Assembly (NCBI GenBank): GCA_032718475.1
Contig: JAUCBJ010007094.1
Coordinates: forward strand, 1-61,167
From: Nemertoderma westbladi
Lineage: Eukaryota; Animalia; Xenacoelomorpha
Direction of reading: 5' to 3'
DNA length: 61,167 bases
Shown here: positions 1 to 12,855 of the stretch, one piece after another
Numbering within the stretch: the stretch's first letter is position 1
How the letters are laid out: the number at the start of each line of letters is the position of its first letter
Made by a program: the position numbers and the translations under genes
The notes under the pieces: generated by a model
What the model was told of the DNA's origin: nothing
Seen by the model: the letters and a program-made list of their open reading frames with translations, nothing else
The model's database searches: none

Positions 1-1489
1 ATTTTAAGTAAGGGCTAACAGTAAATAGCCAGATAAGGCCTATTCAACCGCATTCATCAAAAATGTTTATCAGTTGATTTCGCTTCGTATTTAATTGATA
101 TGGCTTACGGAATTCTACTAATAAAGCCTATCTCCACCAACATTTTAGGATTGATTGAGCAGTAAGATTAATTTAGACAGTTAATTTAAAGTAAAATTTC
201 TGAGCTCTGTTCTTTCTGTTTGGTGCAAGTTTTCACTCACTCCCATTCTGGGAATGCCTAATTCATTTACGATACGGTAATTAAATTTAAACTTGAAGCT
301 TAATACACGACGAGATATTTAATCAGGGAACTTTACTAAAATTATGCAAAATAAGTGGTAAATAAAATCCTCACTGACTCTCTGATTTTAAAACTCCCTC
401 GTATTGTAATCTTATATAGTGCTAATTAAATCCGCAGATTATGTGAACGTTCTGGACATATAACTATTAGTAAAACAAATAAAAATAAGTCAAGTATATT
501 GTACTGTATATATTAATTTAAGTGTCGTTCAGCCTACAACCGGCCTTGTTGACTTGTTTGAAGAAATTCCAGTACTAACTAAATAACCTCGGGTTGACCA
601 TTGTTCGCATGGTAACAGAAACAAACTCTATAATGAGAACTCTTGTTTACTAATAGTTTAAAATTTCCGGTACACCGAATATAAAACGCCCTAAAGTAAA
701 TCTACTCCTATTGTAAACGGCAATAATAACATCAGTAGGATCTACTTGCAGCTTTAATAACTTTCATTCTAGTTAGCTCGCTGCACTCGACACATGCAGA
801 CTATCGAGGAAACAGATGGTTGACTACAGGGGCCCAACCATAGCATATTAATTGAATATAATTGCTCCAAGTGACTAGAAGCCCAGGGCAAAATTGGGGC
901 CGCGTTTAGTGAACAAACAGGTTAAATTAGTTGGGATGGAGGGAGGCAATCGGATACACCAATCTAAGTTAGTGCGTAAACACATCAATTAGTACACAAT
1001 ATTGGCCTCCCCGCTAATAATTACAGGTATTTGCAGTTGCCACCAGAAAGAGAATGTATGCAATTTTAATAAATATAGTCCAGCAGATATTTCATTATAA
1101 CTTGCATGAAAGTATATATGAAATATGTTAACAGATTCAGATAGGAAATTTTGTTTTAATCACTAATCAGACTGGTGCCCAACTAACTGGTATCATTGAG
1201 GCTTTTTATACCCTGAATCATGACTTTAAATGCAAAGGCAATACGATTTTTCATCCCCCAGGCATGTGTTCCAGAACGTTTTTACTATATATATAAGGAA
1301 GTTCTGTACAGTAAAATTAATTTAAAAATTACTTGAATAACATACAATTTCATCAACTTCAATCTTAAACTAATGGTTTTATCTTAGTTTATTTAAAAAT
1401 CCACTCCATAATTGCGATCGGTGTATTAAATTATTCAATTTCCAGCTAAATGCATTCAATAACTTTACATAATCGTCTCCAGCAAACCT

Positions 1490-2294
1490 GTGTGTGGCTC
1501 TATCCCATCATAGTAGACATGTACCGAACAACAAGAGTCCCACAAGAAATGAAAACCAATAAGTTGGTGCCAGTTCCTAAGAAGGGCAACCTAACACTCT
1601 ATGGTTCTTTTCGGGGAATCTCATTGATCTCGATTGCTGCAAAGCTATACAATAGAATTCTATTAAATCGCATCAGGGATCCCATTGAGAGACTGTTACC
1701 TGGGATCATGGATCCGGAAGTCAGGTGATGACCTTCGAAAACGTAAGGGCAGCCTTGAATAGGCTTTCCAGGATTTGGAAGTCAACGAGAATTAATCGGA
1801 AACTTAAGGTCCGATTATTTAGAGCAGCAGTAGTTCCAGTACTCCTCTAAGGGAGTCCATGCTGGGCTCTAACTGCTGAGGACACCAAATCTCTGGATGG
1901 CACATTCATAATAATGCTACGCCGGGTTCATTGTGTCAAGTACAATGCACACATCTCCAACCAGACACTATATAACATTGGAGGTGTCTCATTGGTTCCC
2001 CCAAGCTTAACACTAGAACAAAATCGCCTCCGCTTTGCAGGAGATTGCTTTCGCCGTGAGGACCAGCCAGTGCATAATCTTGTACTTTGGCAGCCTCATG
2101 GAGTGAATAAGCATGGTGGACAGCCCATGACTTTCTTGAGACGCATCTTAAAGGACACTGGCCTTAAAGATGCGGATGATCTAGCAAATGTCATGGGTGA
2201 TAGGGAGTTGTGGCGGTGCAATTTTGTCGACAAGCCGGCACAGCATTCTTAAAAATGCAGCTGCAATGCAGCATGCCGATCCTAGTAGTAGTAG
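1490..2294 (+). mobile_element. Decayed RTE-clade LINE fragment (family A) with internal RT deletion and (TAG)n tail
   Basis: ORF 1450-1728 has early RT motifs (LVPVPKKGNL..FRGISLISIAAKLYNRILLNRI). It joins directly to C-terminal RTE-like sequence (RLRFAGDCFRRE..LVLWQP..DRELWR). Frameshifts and stops are present, and it ends in tagtagtagtagt. Boundaries are approximate. Confidence 0.85.
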
Positions 2295-5200
2295 TTTGTG
2301 GCGTGCAACTGAAATGAAAATTGTCATAAAATTGCGCCATAGGATGGGGATTTCGGCGAGTACCGTTTGCTAATTTCCAACAGTTTAATATGTTTCCAAA
2401 ATAATTGGATACAATTTGGTTAATTGTATTAACCGTTCCTAATGCAAATCTCCCACACAACTTCCTGTATAATTTTGTATTAGTTTTTATACTGTATTTT
2501 GTACAATAATTTCCTACCAAAATCATCCAAAATATTTATTAAACTCACAGGCTATACTATGTACTGTATAATATATTAGATACACCAGTGAGAAAACGGC
2601 ATCTATCTGTCTGACAAATAATAACTTTCTTGCCAGAGTTTTCATATCTCAACTATTTATACTAATAAATCACAAACTTAGTTTGTCAGTCCGAAAACAC
2701 AATAAACAATGTAAAAACGAACATACTGTTAAAAAGAAGTAATGTCCTTCGATAAGACAAATGTATCCCAGTCCAAAGAAGCACTTTTTGTTACTATTAT
2801 ATATTCACTAAAATTCAGCGTTGGCATTTAAGAAATATCAATATTATTCGGTTGGGCAGACTATTTTTAATTTACTTTTTCGTATTTCCTTCTTTTTATT
2901 TCGTTTGGCTAAAACAATTTTATTGAAATGAAAGTTCTTTCCGAATACACTATTTTATTTTTTATTAAGAATGATAATAATTATCAGAATTAAATAAATA
3001 TTAAATGCAAATTTGTAAATCGTTTAATTTTTCATATAAAAGAAGTGTAGAAACAAGCTCCTACCCACGACGAGTTCCAGTTAAACGAAATTCAGATATT
3101 CTGCCATCGTGTATTGAGTTTTACACTTTTTCTTTTGCACTCGTTGGAAAAAGAAACATGCGAACTCGTGAAAAAAACTACACTAAGATGCAATCAGACA
3201 GATTAGTTGAATTTATCTCAATTAAAAATTTTGAGAAATAGTGTTTTTTGGAAAATAAACATATACATTGCTACCTTAAATTTTGTTCGTTTAGTTTGTT
3301 TTAGCGAGTGATTTTGTGGTATTTGGCCATGTTAATTGAGTTGTTTGTGACCGAATGTAAAGGGACATTTCATTGAGATAAATACTCTTTTGACCCTGGA
3401 GTGGATTTGGATTAACGAGTTGTGAATGGATTGTAAATAGGCAACAGTTACCGGCCTTTTGAGACTTAAATATTTTAAACCCAATAAATTAGAACCACGG
3501 CTCGATAAAACCTCTTTGTTATTCATACTTAATCCGTTTTGGCGGGTTTCTAAATGCAATTATTAGAGTCGAATTCCGTTGTAATTCTGCCTCTTAAATC
3601 GTCAATATTTATGACTTGTTAAAGTACAAGGTCGCTTTAATTACTAGAGAATATTATAGGAAATTGTTTCAGAAACGATAACAAAGCAACATTTAAGTCA
3701 ACTTTGTATTAGTAATTGTCTGTGACATGGAAAATGGACATGAATTTAATTTAAATTTAAATATAATTGCATTATTTATATTATATAGTTTCCTATTAAA
3801 TGCCTTTATCCAATGCTTGTTGTAAAAGACCTTCAATGGAATACATTATAAATTTCATCACTGGAATATTTATTGTCTGAGTCTCCATGGATGCGACACC
3901 TGAATATTTTTCACAACATTATATTGTCATATAATATATCACATCAGAAGAATCTCAGAATCAAATTAAATTCTCATTTGAATTCTTAATTCTGTACAAT
4001 TTTGGTATGTCCTTGAACAATACTCTTCGGATGTTAGTATGCTTTCAAAAGCCAAAAAATGTAATGTTGGATAATTACACCTAAAATTGGCTACCGTAAT
4101 TACGCGGTGTTAATTCTTGGGAGACAGTGTGGCGCCTTTCCTGCCTGATGTAGGTGACATCACAACCATGACATAGCTTTTCACCCTTACTGAAAAATTA
4201 CTTTTACCTTTGTGACTAATTTATTATATATTCAATACAATTATAAATCTCTCCCTTCTCATGCGCTCCTCTTCAACTGCTGCCCACTGTCTCCGTCTCA
4301 TTGCCTGTGATGCACCTTGACCCACATGTCTAAGCTCTACCACACTCTATCCATGAGACACCGAGTCTGTGCTCTCATACTCATAACTGACAGCATCCAC
4401 CTTATTTGCCCAACCATACTGTACCTTCCCCAGATCTGCATTTTTTAAATATTTTTCAGGAATATAATCGGAATAACTGAAAAAAATAACTGTGGTTGAA
4501 AATGGTAGAGTTTTATTATCGAGCGATATTATTAGGCGAGCGTAGCGAGGCAAATATGAAAGCAAGACAAAACACATACTTCGCCGCCATATTCTGTTGT
4601 TTTATTTGTTGAAAATCACTTTCTAAAAAAAAAAAGCTAAATATTGATATACTGTAGGTAATTTAAAAAATGCGGTAAATAACCCGTGGAAACCTCCTCT
4701 GTATAAATTAATGTAATTTTATTATTAATGTCATGGAAATTACTTTGAAATATTACTTTTTTGTTGACGATTTTGACAAAAATTTACTTTCAACAAAAAA
4801 AATATATAAATTATATAAAATATAATACGCGGGACCAATGCCCAACTTCTGCTCATGTAATATTATATACAATAAATGTTGAATGTTTTTATACAAGTTA
4901 TATTATTGAATAAAATTATAGTCATTTAGGTAGTTCGAATAGGTTTCATTTATATCAAGCGCTCATATTGAGACTACAGTAGTAGGCCTACCTACTCAGT
5001 TACATGGAGTACATTGAACTGAAATTCGTTGTTCAACTTCAAATTGAATAAATTAATCCCCATTTCAGGTAATTGATTTCGCAACGTAATTCTCCTGTTT
5101 CATAGAGTGACGACAGTTCTCCCCAAACCTGATTCAATTACCTCAATTATTAAAAGTGTGCGAGACAGACAGGCCGTAGTGCGGGGATAGGGTCAGGGGA

Positions 5201-5764
5201 TTCCTTAGGGAAACCTAACCGAGTGGCCCTCACGGCTCACGGTATTGCACGCAACAACTACGGAATAAATTTCACTGGACATGTTTGCTAATGAACTCGA
5301 GAAGTGGCGAGGACCCTAATCTAATTGAGTTAAGTGGCTGACTCGATAAGCCTTTTGTTTGTTTAATATTAAGAAAATTGAATTTTTGAGTAACAACATT
5401 TCTGACGGGAAATGACAGCTTGGTGAAAAGGGAGTGATGCCGGCTTTACCCTTCCATGAAATTCATTATTGAATTGGCGAATTATATAATTTTGTGCGAA
5501 TTTTAATTATTTGTTCACTGCTAACACAAGTAGGCCGGCCTACTTTCATCGAATGTGCCTTCGCACGTGTCTCTCGTCAATTCGACAAAATTGGTATTAA
5601 ATATATAAAAATAATATAATAAAAGCATTACAACCAAATTTGTTTTCGAATTTCTTTCCCTTGTATTTATTTGACTTTGGAATTGTAGTGTAAATAGTAT
5701 TGTTGAAGGCTATATTTTCGCCCAGGTTGCACAAAATTTTAATTAATTAATTACAACCTCCAAT

Positions 5765-6140
5765 CAACTAAGGAAGGTCGACGACTTCCAGTACCTTGGA
5801 TCATGGATAGAAAGTTGCAAAAAAGACATAGAAGTTAGGAAAGCAAAGGCATAGGTAGCTCTATCAAAAATGGATACCATCTGGAAATCAGACCTCTCTA
5901 AGTAACAGAAGTCTACGTTATTTGGAGCCACAGTAGAAAGTGTACATTTATACGGGGGTGAGACCTGGATACTGATGAAATTACTTGAACAACTGGACGA
6001 CCACCGGCTATAACATATAGGACCAGCTTTAAAGGGATGCTGGACTTGTGAGAAGTGAATTTGCGACAACTTTAGAGAATCGTGAAGCCTGGAAGGATCT
6101 CATTTTAACTGTCAGACCTCGCTGGACTTAGTCGTTGTAG
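5765..6140 (+). mobile_element. Decayed RTE-clade LINE fragment (family B)
   Basis: Translates as LRKVDDFQYLGSWI..KKDIEVRKAKA*VAL..IWKS, the post-RT F.YLGS motif. Homologous to 36770-36931 and 37394-37790. Confidence 0.75.
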
Positions 6141-6789
6141 TACAACCTCTATTATTTTTTTTATAAAAATAAGAAGTTCTATGATTCCGCTCCATTTATC
6201 TATTGAAGTCCCAGAAAATCTATACGGAGTCTAATTAAAATGATATATATATATAAATGATATATATTATTATAATTATTATATCATAAGGAAAACCTAT
6301 AAATGCGATTTCCGCCATCAGCAAACACGCTTCTTTCATTACAATATATTTAAGTACAATCAGTTATATGCCGACATTATATTCACATTAACTTTGAAGC
6401 TTTCTTTAGTGATAATTAATTTTGTTGAACAGCTCAAGATTATCTGGAAATGCTGCCACTATAACCTACTCCTTACCCCGTTACGAAATATAGTAATTTA
6501 AAAATGTTCTAAAAGTTTCAATAAAAACGGACATGAAAATTGATTGATTATGCAAAAAAATCCCAACCGTGAATACAGTAAATACAATGTTTGGTCTCAA
6601 GTCCTAATAATAGCAAGAATTAGGTTGTTACTCATATTTAAACTATTCATATGACATGTAATTCATCTGCATAATATCATCTCAGTATATTTAGCCCAAT
6701 TATTTTATCCTTAAATCTTATCTCTGTGTGCCGATATTTTAAGAATCATAGTAAAGTACAGTAGTTGCACAATGTTAATGTTACAATGG

Positions 6790-7139
6790 CAATGGGGTTA
6801 TCCAATGGGGTTATCCAATGGGGTTATCCAATGGGGTTATCCAATGGGGTTATCCAATGGGGTTATCCAATGGGGTTATCCAATGGGGTTATCCAATGGG
6901 GTTATCCAATGGGGTTATCCAATGGGGTTATCCAATGGGGTTATCCAATGGGGTTATCCAATGGGGTTATCCAATGGGGTTATCCAATGGGGTTATCCAA
7001 TGGGGTTATCCAATGGGGTTATCCAATGGGGTTATCCAATGGGGTTATCCAATGGGGTTATCCAATGGGGTTATCCAATGGGGTTATCCAATGGGGTTAT
7101 CCAATGGGGTTATCCAATGGGGTTATCCAATGGGGTTAT
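6790..7139. repeat. 13-bp minisatellite (CAATGGGGTTATC), about 27 copies
   Basis: Perfect tandem repeat read directly from the sequence. Confidence 0.97.
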
Positions 7140-7398
7140 TCTTACAAAACAATAAACAAGAGTCAATAAGGTTACATTTAAATTTTTGACGGGTCGAAGG
7201 AAAATAATTAAGAAGTACAGCAAGTCTGGTGGCGTTAGGTAGTACAAGTTCAGTTGCCTAGGCATGTTAATGGTAGTACTGAGGCACCAGGAATTATGGA
7301 GGTAGGTATTAACTGCCTGATACACCAGGATGGGGTCACACTAACTCCCAAGGTTGAAATATACACTATTTCTTTACCCCTCAGCAGAAGCAGGGTTC

Positions 7399-8682
7399 GA
7401 TGTACGGATACTGCCCCCCCGGACACTTCCCCCCCGGACAGTCCCCCCCCCCCCCCCCCCCCCGTTAAAGTAGGACACTCCCCCCCCCCCCCCCCGTTAA
7501 AGTAGGACACTTCCCCCCGGACACTGCCCCCCCCCCCCCCCCCAGACACTTCCCCCCCGGACACTTCCCCCCCAGACACTCCCCCCCGGCACTTCGCCCC
7601 AGACACTTCCCCCCCGGACACTTCCCCCCCGAATGTTCTTAACTTCGCACATTCTTATTTTTCATTTTGTAAAGTAAACGGTCCGTTTGTATCCAGACAA
7701 GTTGTATCCAATTTTCCTTTCTTAGCTCAGAAAGTGATCTTTTGCATCCCGATTTTACATTTTGTATCCAAGTTTTATTTATGGGTTTTATCGATGCAAT
7801 TACATTGTATTGTTTGCTAATCTTTAAACAATTAATTAAATGACCTATAAATTCCATCCCCCGAATGATATACTGTTTTTATTAACTATAGAATTATAAT
7901 AATTAAATGATTTAATTATAGGTATTATTATGTAATAGTCTTCTTCAAATTGTAGCAGATGGGGTTGAATATTATTGATGCAAATCAAAATTATACCTCT
8001 CCAGGGTAAAATCGACATGCGTCGACCTGTATTCTGTGTTCAGCATTACATATTGAAATATTAATTAAATTTTCTGGTTACTAGAAATATTTTTAATAGG
8101 ATTTTGTTGAATTATATAATATTGTAGTAATTTATATATTAAATTGGTTAACATTCAATACAGCTCATACTTTAGGCTTAGTCAATTTATTATCTGATGA
8201 TACAAACATTAATTGATTATTTCAAAATGGTCTTACAGTCTTTCACCACGGGCACACAGGGAAATGCCGGGGTTTGGTGGCGAGAGCCCCCAAGAAAAGA
8301 AGCGGGGGTTTGGGGGCGGCTGCCCCCAAGAAAAGAAGCGGGGGTTTGGGGGCGGCTGTCTCCAACAAAAGAAGCGGGGGTTTGGGGGCGGCAGCCCCCC
8401 AACCTAAGAAACGGGGGTTTGGGGGCGGCAGCCCCCAATTAATAGAAAAACAAGCAAAATTTGACTATAAAAATGTTTCTTTTATAATTTTGAAAAAACT
8501 TGACTAGATACAACTTGTCCTGTAACCATCTTTAACTTTTGTTTATTGCTTTGGTACACCCAGATTAATTTTAATACTTTAACTGGGGGGGAAGTGTCCG
8601 GGGGGGAAGTGTCCGGGGGGGAAGTGTCCTACTTGGGCGGGGGGGGGGGGGAAGTGTCCGGGGGGAACTGTGTCCTAGATCC
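7399..8682. mobile_element. Non-autonomous TIR element with GGACACTTCCCCCC subterminal repeats (Mutator/Foldback-like), copy 1
   Basis: Inverted arrays of ggacacttcccccc and ggggggaagtgtcc at the two ends. Imperfect 9-bp flanking duplication gcagggttc/gccgggttt. Full-length inverted homolog at 42048-43233. Confidence 0.85.
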
Positions 8683-8786
8683 GCCGGGTTTCCATTATAT
8701 CGCTCTGGCTTTGAATAAGCACAATATCTAAGTGTCTTGCCTAGGGACAAATCAGTGCGTAATATCAACTGCCTTTATTAGGATTA

Positions 8787-11700
8787 GAAGATCACCCATG
8801 GTGGTGAACAGGCATTCCTTTATAAAACAGAGTGGAAGGGTTTACTGTGGGAGATCACCCATGGTGGTAAACAGGCATTCCTTTAGGAAACAGAGTGGAA
8901 GGGTTTACTGTGGAAGATCATCCATGGTGGTGAACAGGCATTCCTTTGGGAAACAGAGTAGAATGGATAACTGTGGAAGATCACCCATGGTGGTGAACAG
9001 GCATTCCGTGAACAGGCATTCCTTTAGGAAACAGAGTGGAAGGGTTTACTGTGGAAGATCATCCGTGGTGGTGAACAGGCATTCCTTTAGGAAACAGAGT
9101 GGAAGGGTTTACTGTGGAAGATCATCCATGGTGGTGAACAGGCATTCCTTTGCGAAATAGAGTGGGAGGGTTTACTGTGGAAGATCACCATGGTGGTGAA
9201 CAGGCATTCCTTTGGGAATCAGAGTAGACGGGTTTACTGTGGAAGATCACCCATGGTGGTAAACAGGAATTCCGTGAACAGGCATTCCTTTAGAAAACAG
9301 AGTGGAAGGGTTTACTCTGGAAGATCATCCATGGTGGTGAACAGGCATTCCTTTAGGAAACAGAGTGGAAGGGTTTACTGTGGAATATCACCCACGGTGG
9401 TGAGCAGGCATTCCGTGAACAGGCATTGCTTTAGGAAACAGAGTGGAAGAGTTTACTGTGGAAGATCATCCATGGTGGTGAACAGGCATTCCTTTGGGAA
9501 ACAGAGTAGAAGGGTTTACTGTGGATGATCACCCATGGTGGTTAACAGGCATTCCGTGAACAGGCATTCCTTTGGTAGAAGGGTTTACTGTGGAAGATCA
9601 CCCACGGTGGTGAGCAGGCATTCCGTGAACAGGTATTCCTTTAGGAAACAGAGTGGAAGAGTTTACTGTGGAAGATCATCCATGGTGGTGAACAGGCATT
9701 CCTTTGGGAAACAGAGTAGAAGGGTTTACTGTGGATGATCACCCATGGTGGTTAACAGGCATTCCGTGAACAGGCATTCCTTTAGGAAACAGAGTGGAAG
9801 GGTTTACTGTGGAAGATCATCCATGGTGGTGGACAGGCATTCCTTTAGGAAACAGAGTGGAAGGGTTTACTGTGGAAGATCACCCATGGTGGTGAACAGG
9901 CATTCCTTTAGGACACAGAGTGGAAGGGTTCACTGTGGAAGATCACTCACGGTGGTGAACAGGCATTCCTTTAGGAAACATAGTGGAAGGGCTTACTGTG
10001 GAAGATCACCCATGGTGGTGAACAGGCATTCCTTTAGGAAACAGAGTGGAAGGGTTTACTGTGGAAGATCACTCACGGTGGTGAACAGGCATTCCTTTAG
10101 GAAACATAGTGGAAGGGCTTACTGTGGAAGATCACCCATGGTGGTGAACAGGCATTCCTTTAGGACACAGAGTGGAAGGGTTTATTGTGGAAGATCACTC
10201 ACGGTGGTGAACAGGCATTCCTTTAGGAAACATAGTGGAAGGGTTTACTGTGGAAGATCACCCATGGTGGTGAACAGGCATTCCTTTAGGACACATAGTG
10301 GAAGGGTTTACTGTGGAAGATCACTCACGGTGGTGAACAGGCATTCCTTTAGGAAACATAGTGGAAGGGTTTACTGTGGAAGATCATCCATGGTGGTGAA
10401 CAGGCATTCCTTTAGGACACAGAGTGGAAGGGTTTACTGTGGAAGATCACTCACGGTGGTGAACAGGCATTCCTTTAGGAAACATAGTGGAAGGGTTTAC
10501 TGTGGAAGATCACCCATGGTGGTGAACAGGCATTCCTTTAGGACACAGAGTGGAAGGGTTTACTGTGGAAGATCACTCACGGTGGTGAACAGGCATTCCT
10601 TTAGGAAACATAATGGAAGGGTTTACTGTGGAAGATCATCCATGGTGGTGGACAGGCATTCCTTTAGGAAACAGAGTGGAAGGGTTTACTGTGGAAGATC
10701 ACCCATGGTGGTGAACAGGCATTCCTTTAGGACACAGAGTGGAAGGGTTTACTGTGGAAGATCACTCACGGTGGTGAACAGGCATTCCTTTAGGAAACAT
10801 AGTGGAAGGGCTTACTGTGGAAGATCACCCATGGTGGTGAACAGGCATTCCTTTAGGACACAGAGTGGAAGGGTTTACTGTGGAAGATCACTCACGGTGG
10901 TGAACAGACATTCCTTTAGGAAACATAGTGGAAGTGTTTACTGTGGAAGATCACCCATGGTGGTGAACATTCATTCCTTTAGGACACATAGTGGAAGGGT
11001 TTACTGTGGAAGATCACTCACGGTGGTGAACAGGCATTCCTTTAGGAAACATAGTGGAAGAGTTTACTGTGGAATATCATCCATAGTGGTGAACAGGCAT
11101 TCCTTTAGGACACAGAGTAGAAGGGTTTACTGTGGAAGATCACTCACGGTGGTGAACAGGCATTCCTTTAGGAAACATAGTGGAAGGGTTTACTGTGGAA
11201 GATCACCCATGGTGGTGAACAGGCATTCCTTTAGGACACAGAGTGGAAGGGTTTACTGTGGAAGATCACTCACGGTGGTGAACAGGCATTCCTTTAGGAA
11301 ACATAATGGAAGGGTTTACTGTGGAAGATCATCCATGGTGGTGAACAGGCATTCCTTTAGGACACAGAGTGGAAGGGTTTTCTGTGGAAGATCACTCACG
11401 GTGGTGAACAGGCATTCCTTTAGGAAACATAGTGGAAGGGTTTACTGTGGAAGATCACTCACTTTGGTGAACAGGCATTCCTTTAGGAGACATAGTGGAA
11501 GCGTTTACTGTGGAACATCACCCATGGTGGTGAAAAGGCATTCCTTTAGGACACAGAGTGGAAGGGTTTACTGTGGAAGATCACTCACGGTGGTGAACAG
11601 GCATTCCTTTAGGAAACAGAGTAGAAGGGTTTACTATGGAAGATCACCCATGGTAGTGAACAGGCATTCCTTTGGGAAACAGAGTAGAAGGGTTTACTGT

Positions 11701-11947
11701 GAAAGATCACTCACGGTGGTGAACAGGCATTCCTTTAGGAAACATAGTGGAAGGGTTTACTGTGGAAGATCACCCATGGTGGTGAACAGGCATTCCTTTA
11801 GGATACAGAGTGGAAGGGTTTTCTGTGGAAGATCATCCATGGTGGTGAACAGGCATTCCTTTAGGACACAGAGTGGAAGGGTTTACTGTGGAAGATCACT
11901 CACGGTGGTGAACAGGCATTCCTTTAGGAAACATAATGGAAGGGTTT
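8787..11947. repeat. 63-bp satellite array, left part
   Basis: Unit GGAAGATCACCCATGGTGGTGAACAGGCATTCCTTTAGGAAACAGAGTGGAAGGGTTTACTGT, about 50 copies, interrupted at 11947 by the LTR element. Confidence 0.97.
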
Positions 11948-12855
11948 TGTTCGCGCTTTCAGCGCAATGAATGTTGCGGATAATCGCATAAACTCTGAAT
12001 AATAAATATTACGCTACGCGTACAAACTACTCAAACAAAATACAGACCGAACACTGACAGACTACTATCAAGCCTAAACAAACTACGGTATATGCAGACT
12101 CCGAAATGATTAGGGAGTATGCGCTCTATCCCAGTAGTGCGACTTATTCTTTAGTTGGGGGTTTACCTTACAGCGTTCGCTGCCCCTACTGCCTAACCGT
12201 ACTTAATCGGACAGATGATCTACACACGCAGCAATCCGTTCAGACCTAATAACAGCCAGACAACTATCCAGCCTACAAATTATTTAAATAAAATTATACG
12301 CTACCCGTACAGACTTACACAAACAAAGTACAGACCAAACGATGGCAGACTACTCTCAAGCCTAAATAAACTACAGGACATGCAGACTCCGAAATGATTA
12401 GGGAGTATGCGCTCTAACCCAGTAGTGCGACTTATTCTTTAGTTGGGGGTTTACCTTACAGCGTTCGCTGCCCCTACTTCCTAACCGTACTTAATCGGAC
12501 AGGTGATCTACACACACTGCAACTCGTTCAGACTTAACAGCAATCAGACAACAGCTCAGCCTACAAATTGTCTGTACAATCTGATCAGGCTTACACGCCT
12601 TCTGTTCAATACTGGCCTACAAACAAATAAAACTTGACAGAAATAAGTAAAAATCTCAATAAAAAACCAGGGCGGGCCCTCCCTGATTAATTATTAAGGC
12701 CTACCGGTATATAACTATCAAAATCGAATAATACTGCTGTACCTGTACTGCTGTAGGTACCGGTCCGGGTGGTTAGGTAGTCAGGCCTACTGGGTACCGG
12801 TTGCCGGTACCTCAGCTTTATTGCCTACTGCAATACAGAGGCATATATCCTTTAA

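Noticed and set aside
6765-7189. ORFs in three frames, or a telomeric repeat
   Set aside because: The ORFs are artefacts of a stop-free 13-mer. The unit is not TTAGGG or TTAGG and the array is interstitial.
7250-8768. Gly-rich and Pro-rich ORFs (also 42240-43243)
   Set aside because: They are translations of the MITE's subterminal and internal G/C-rich repeats.
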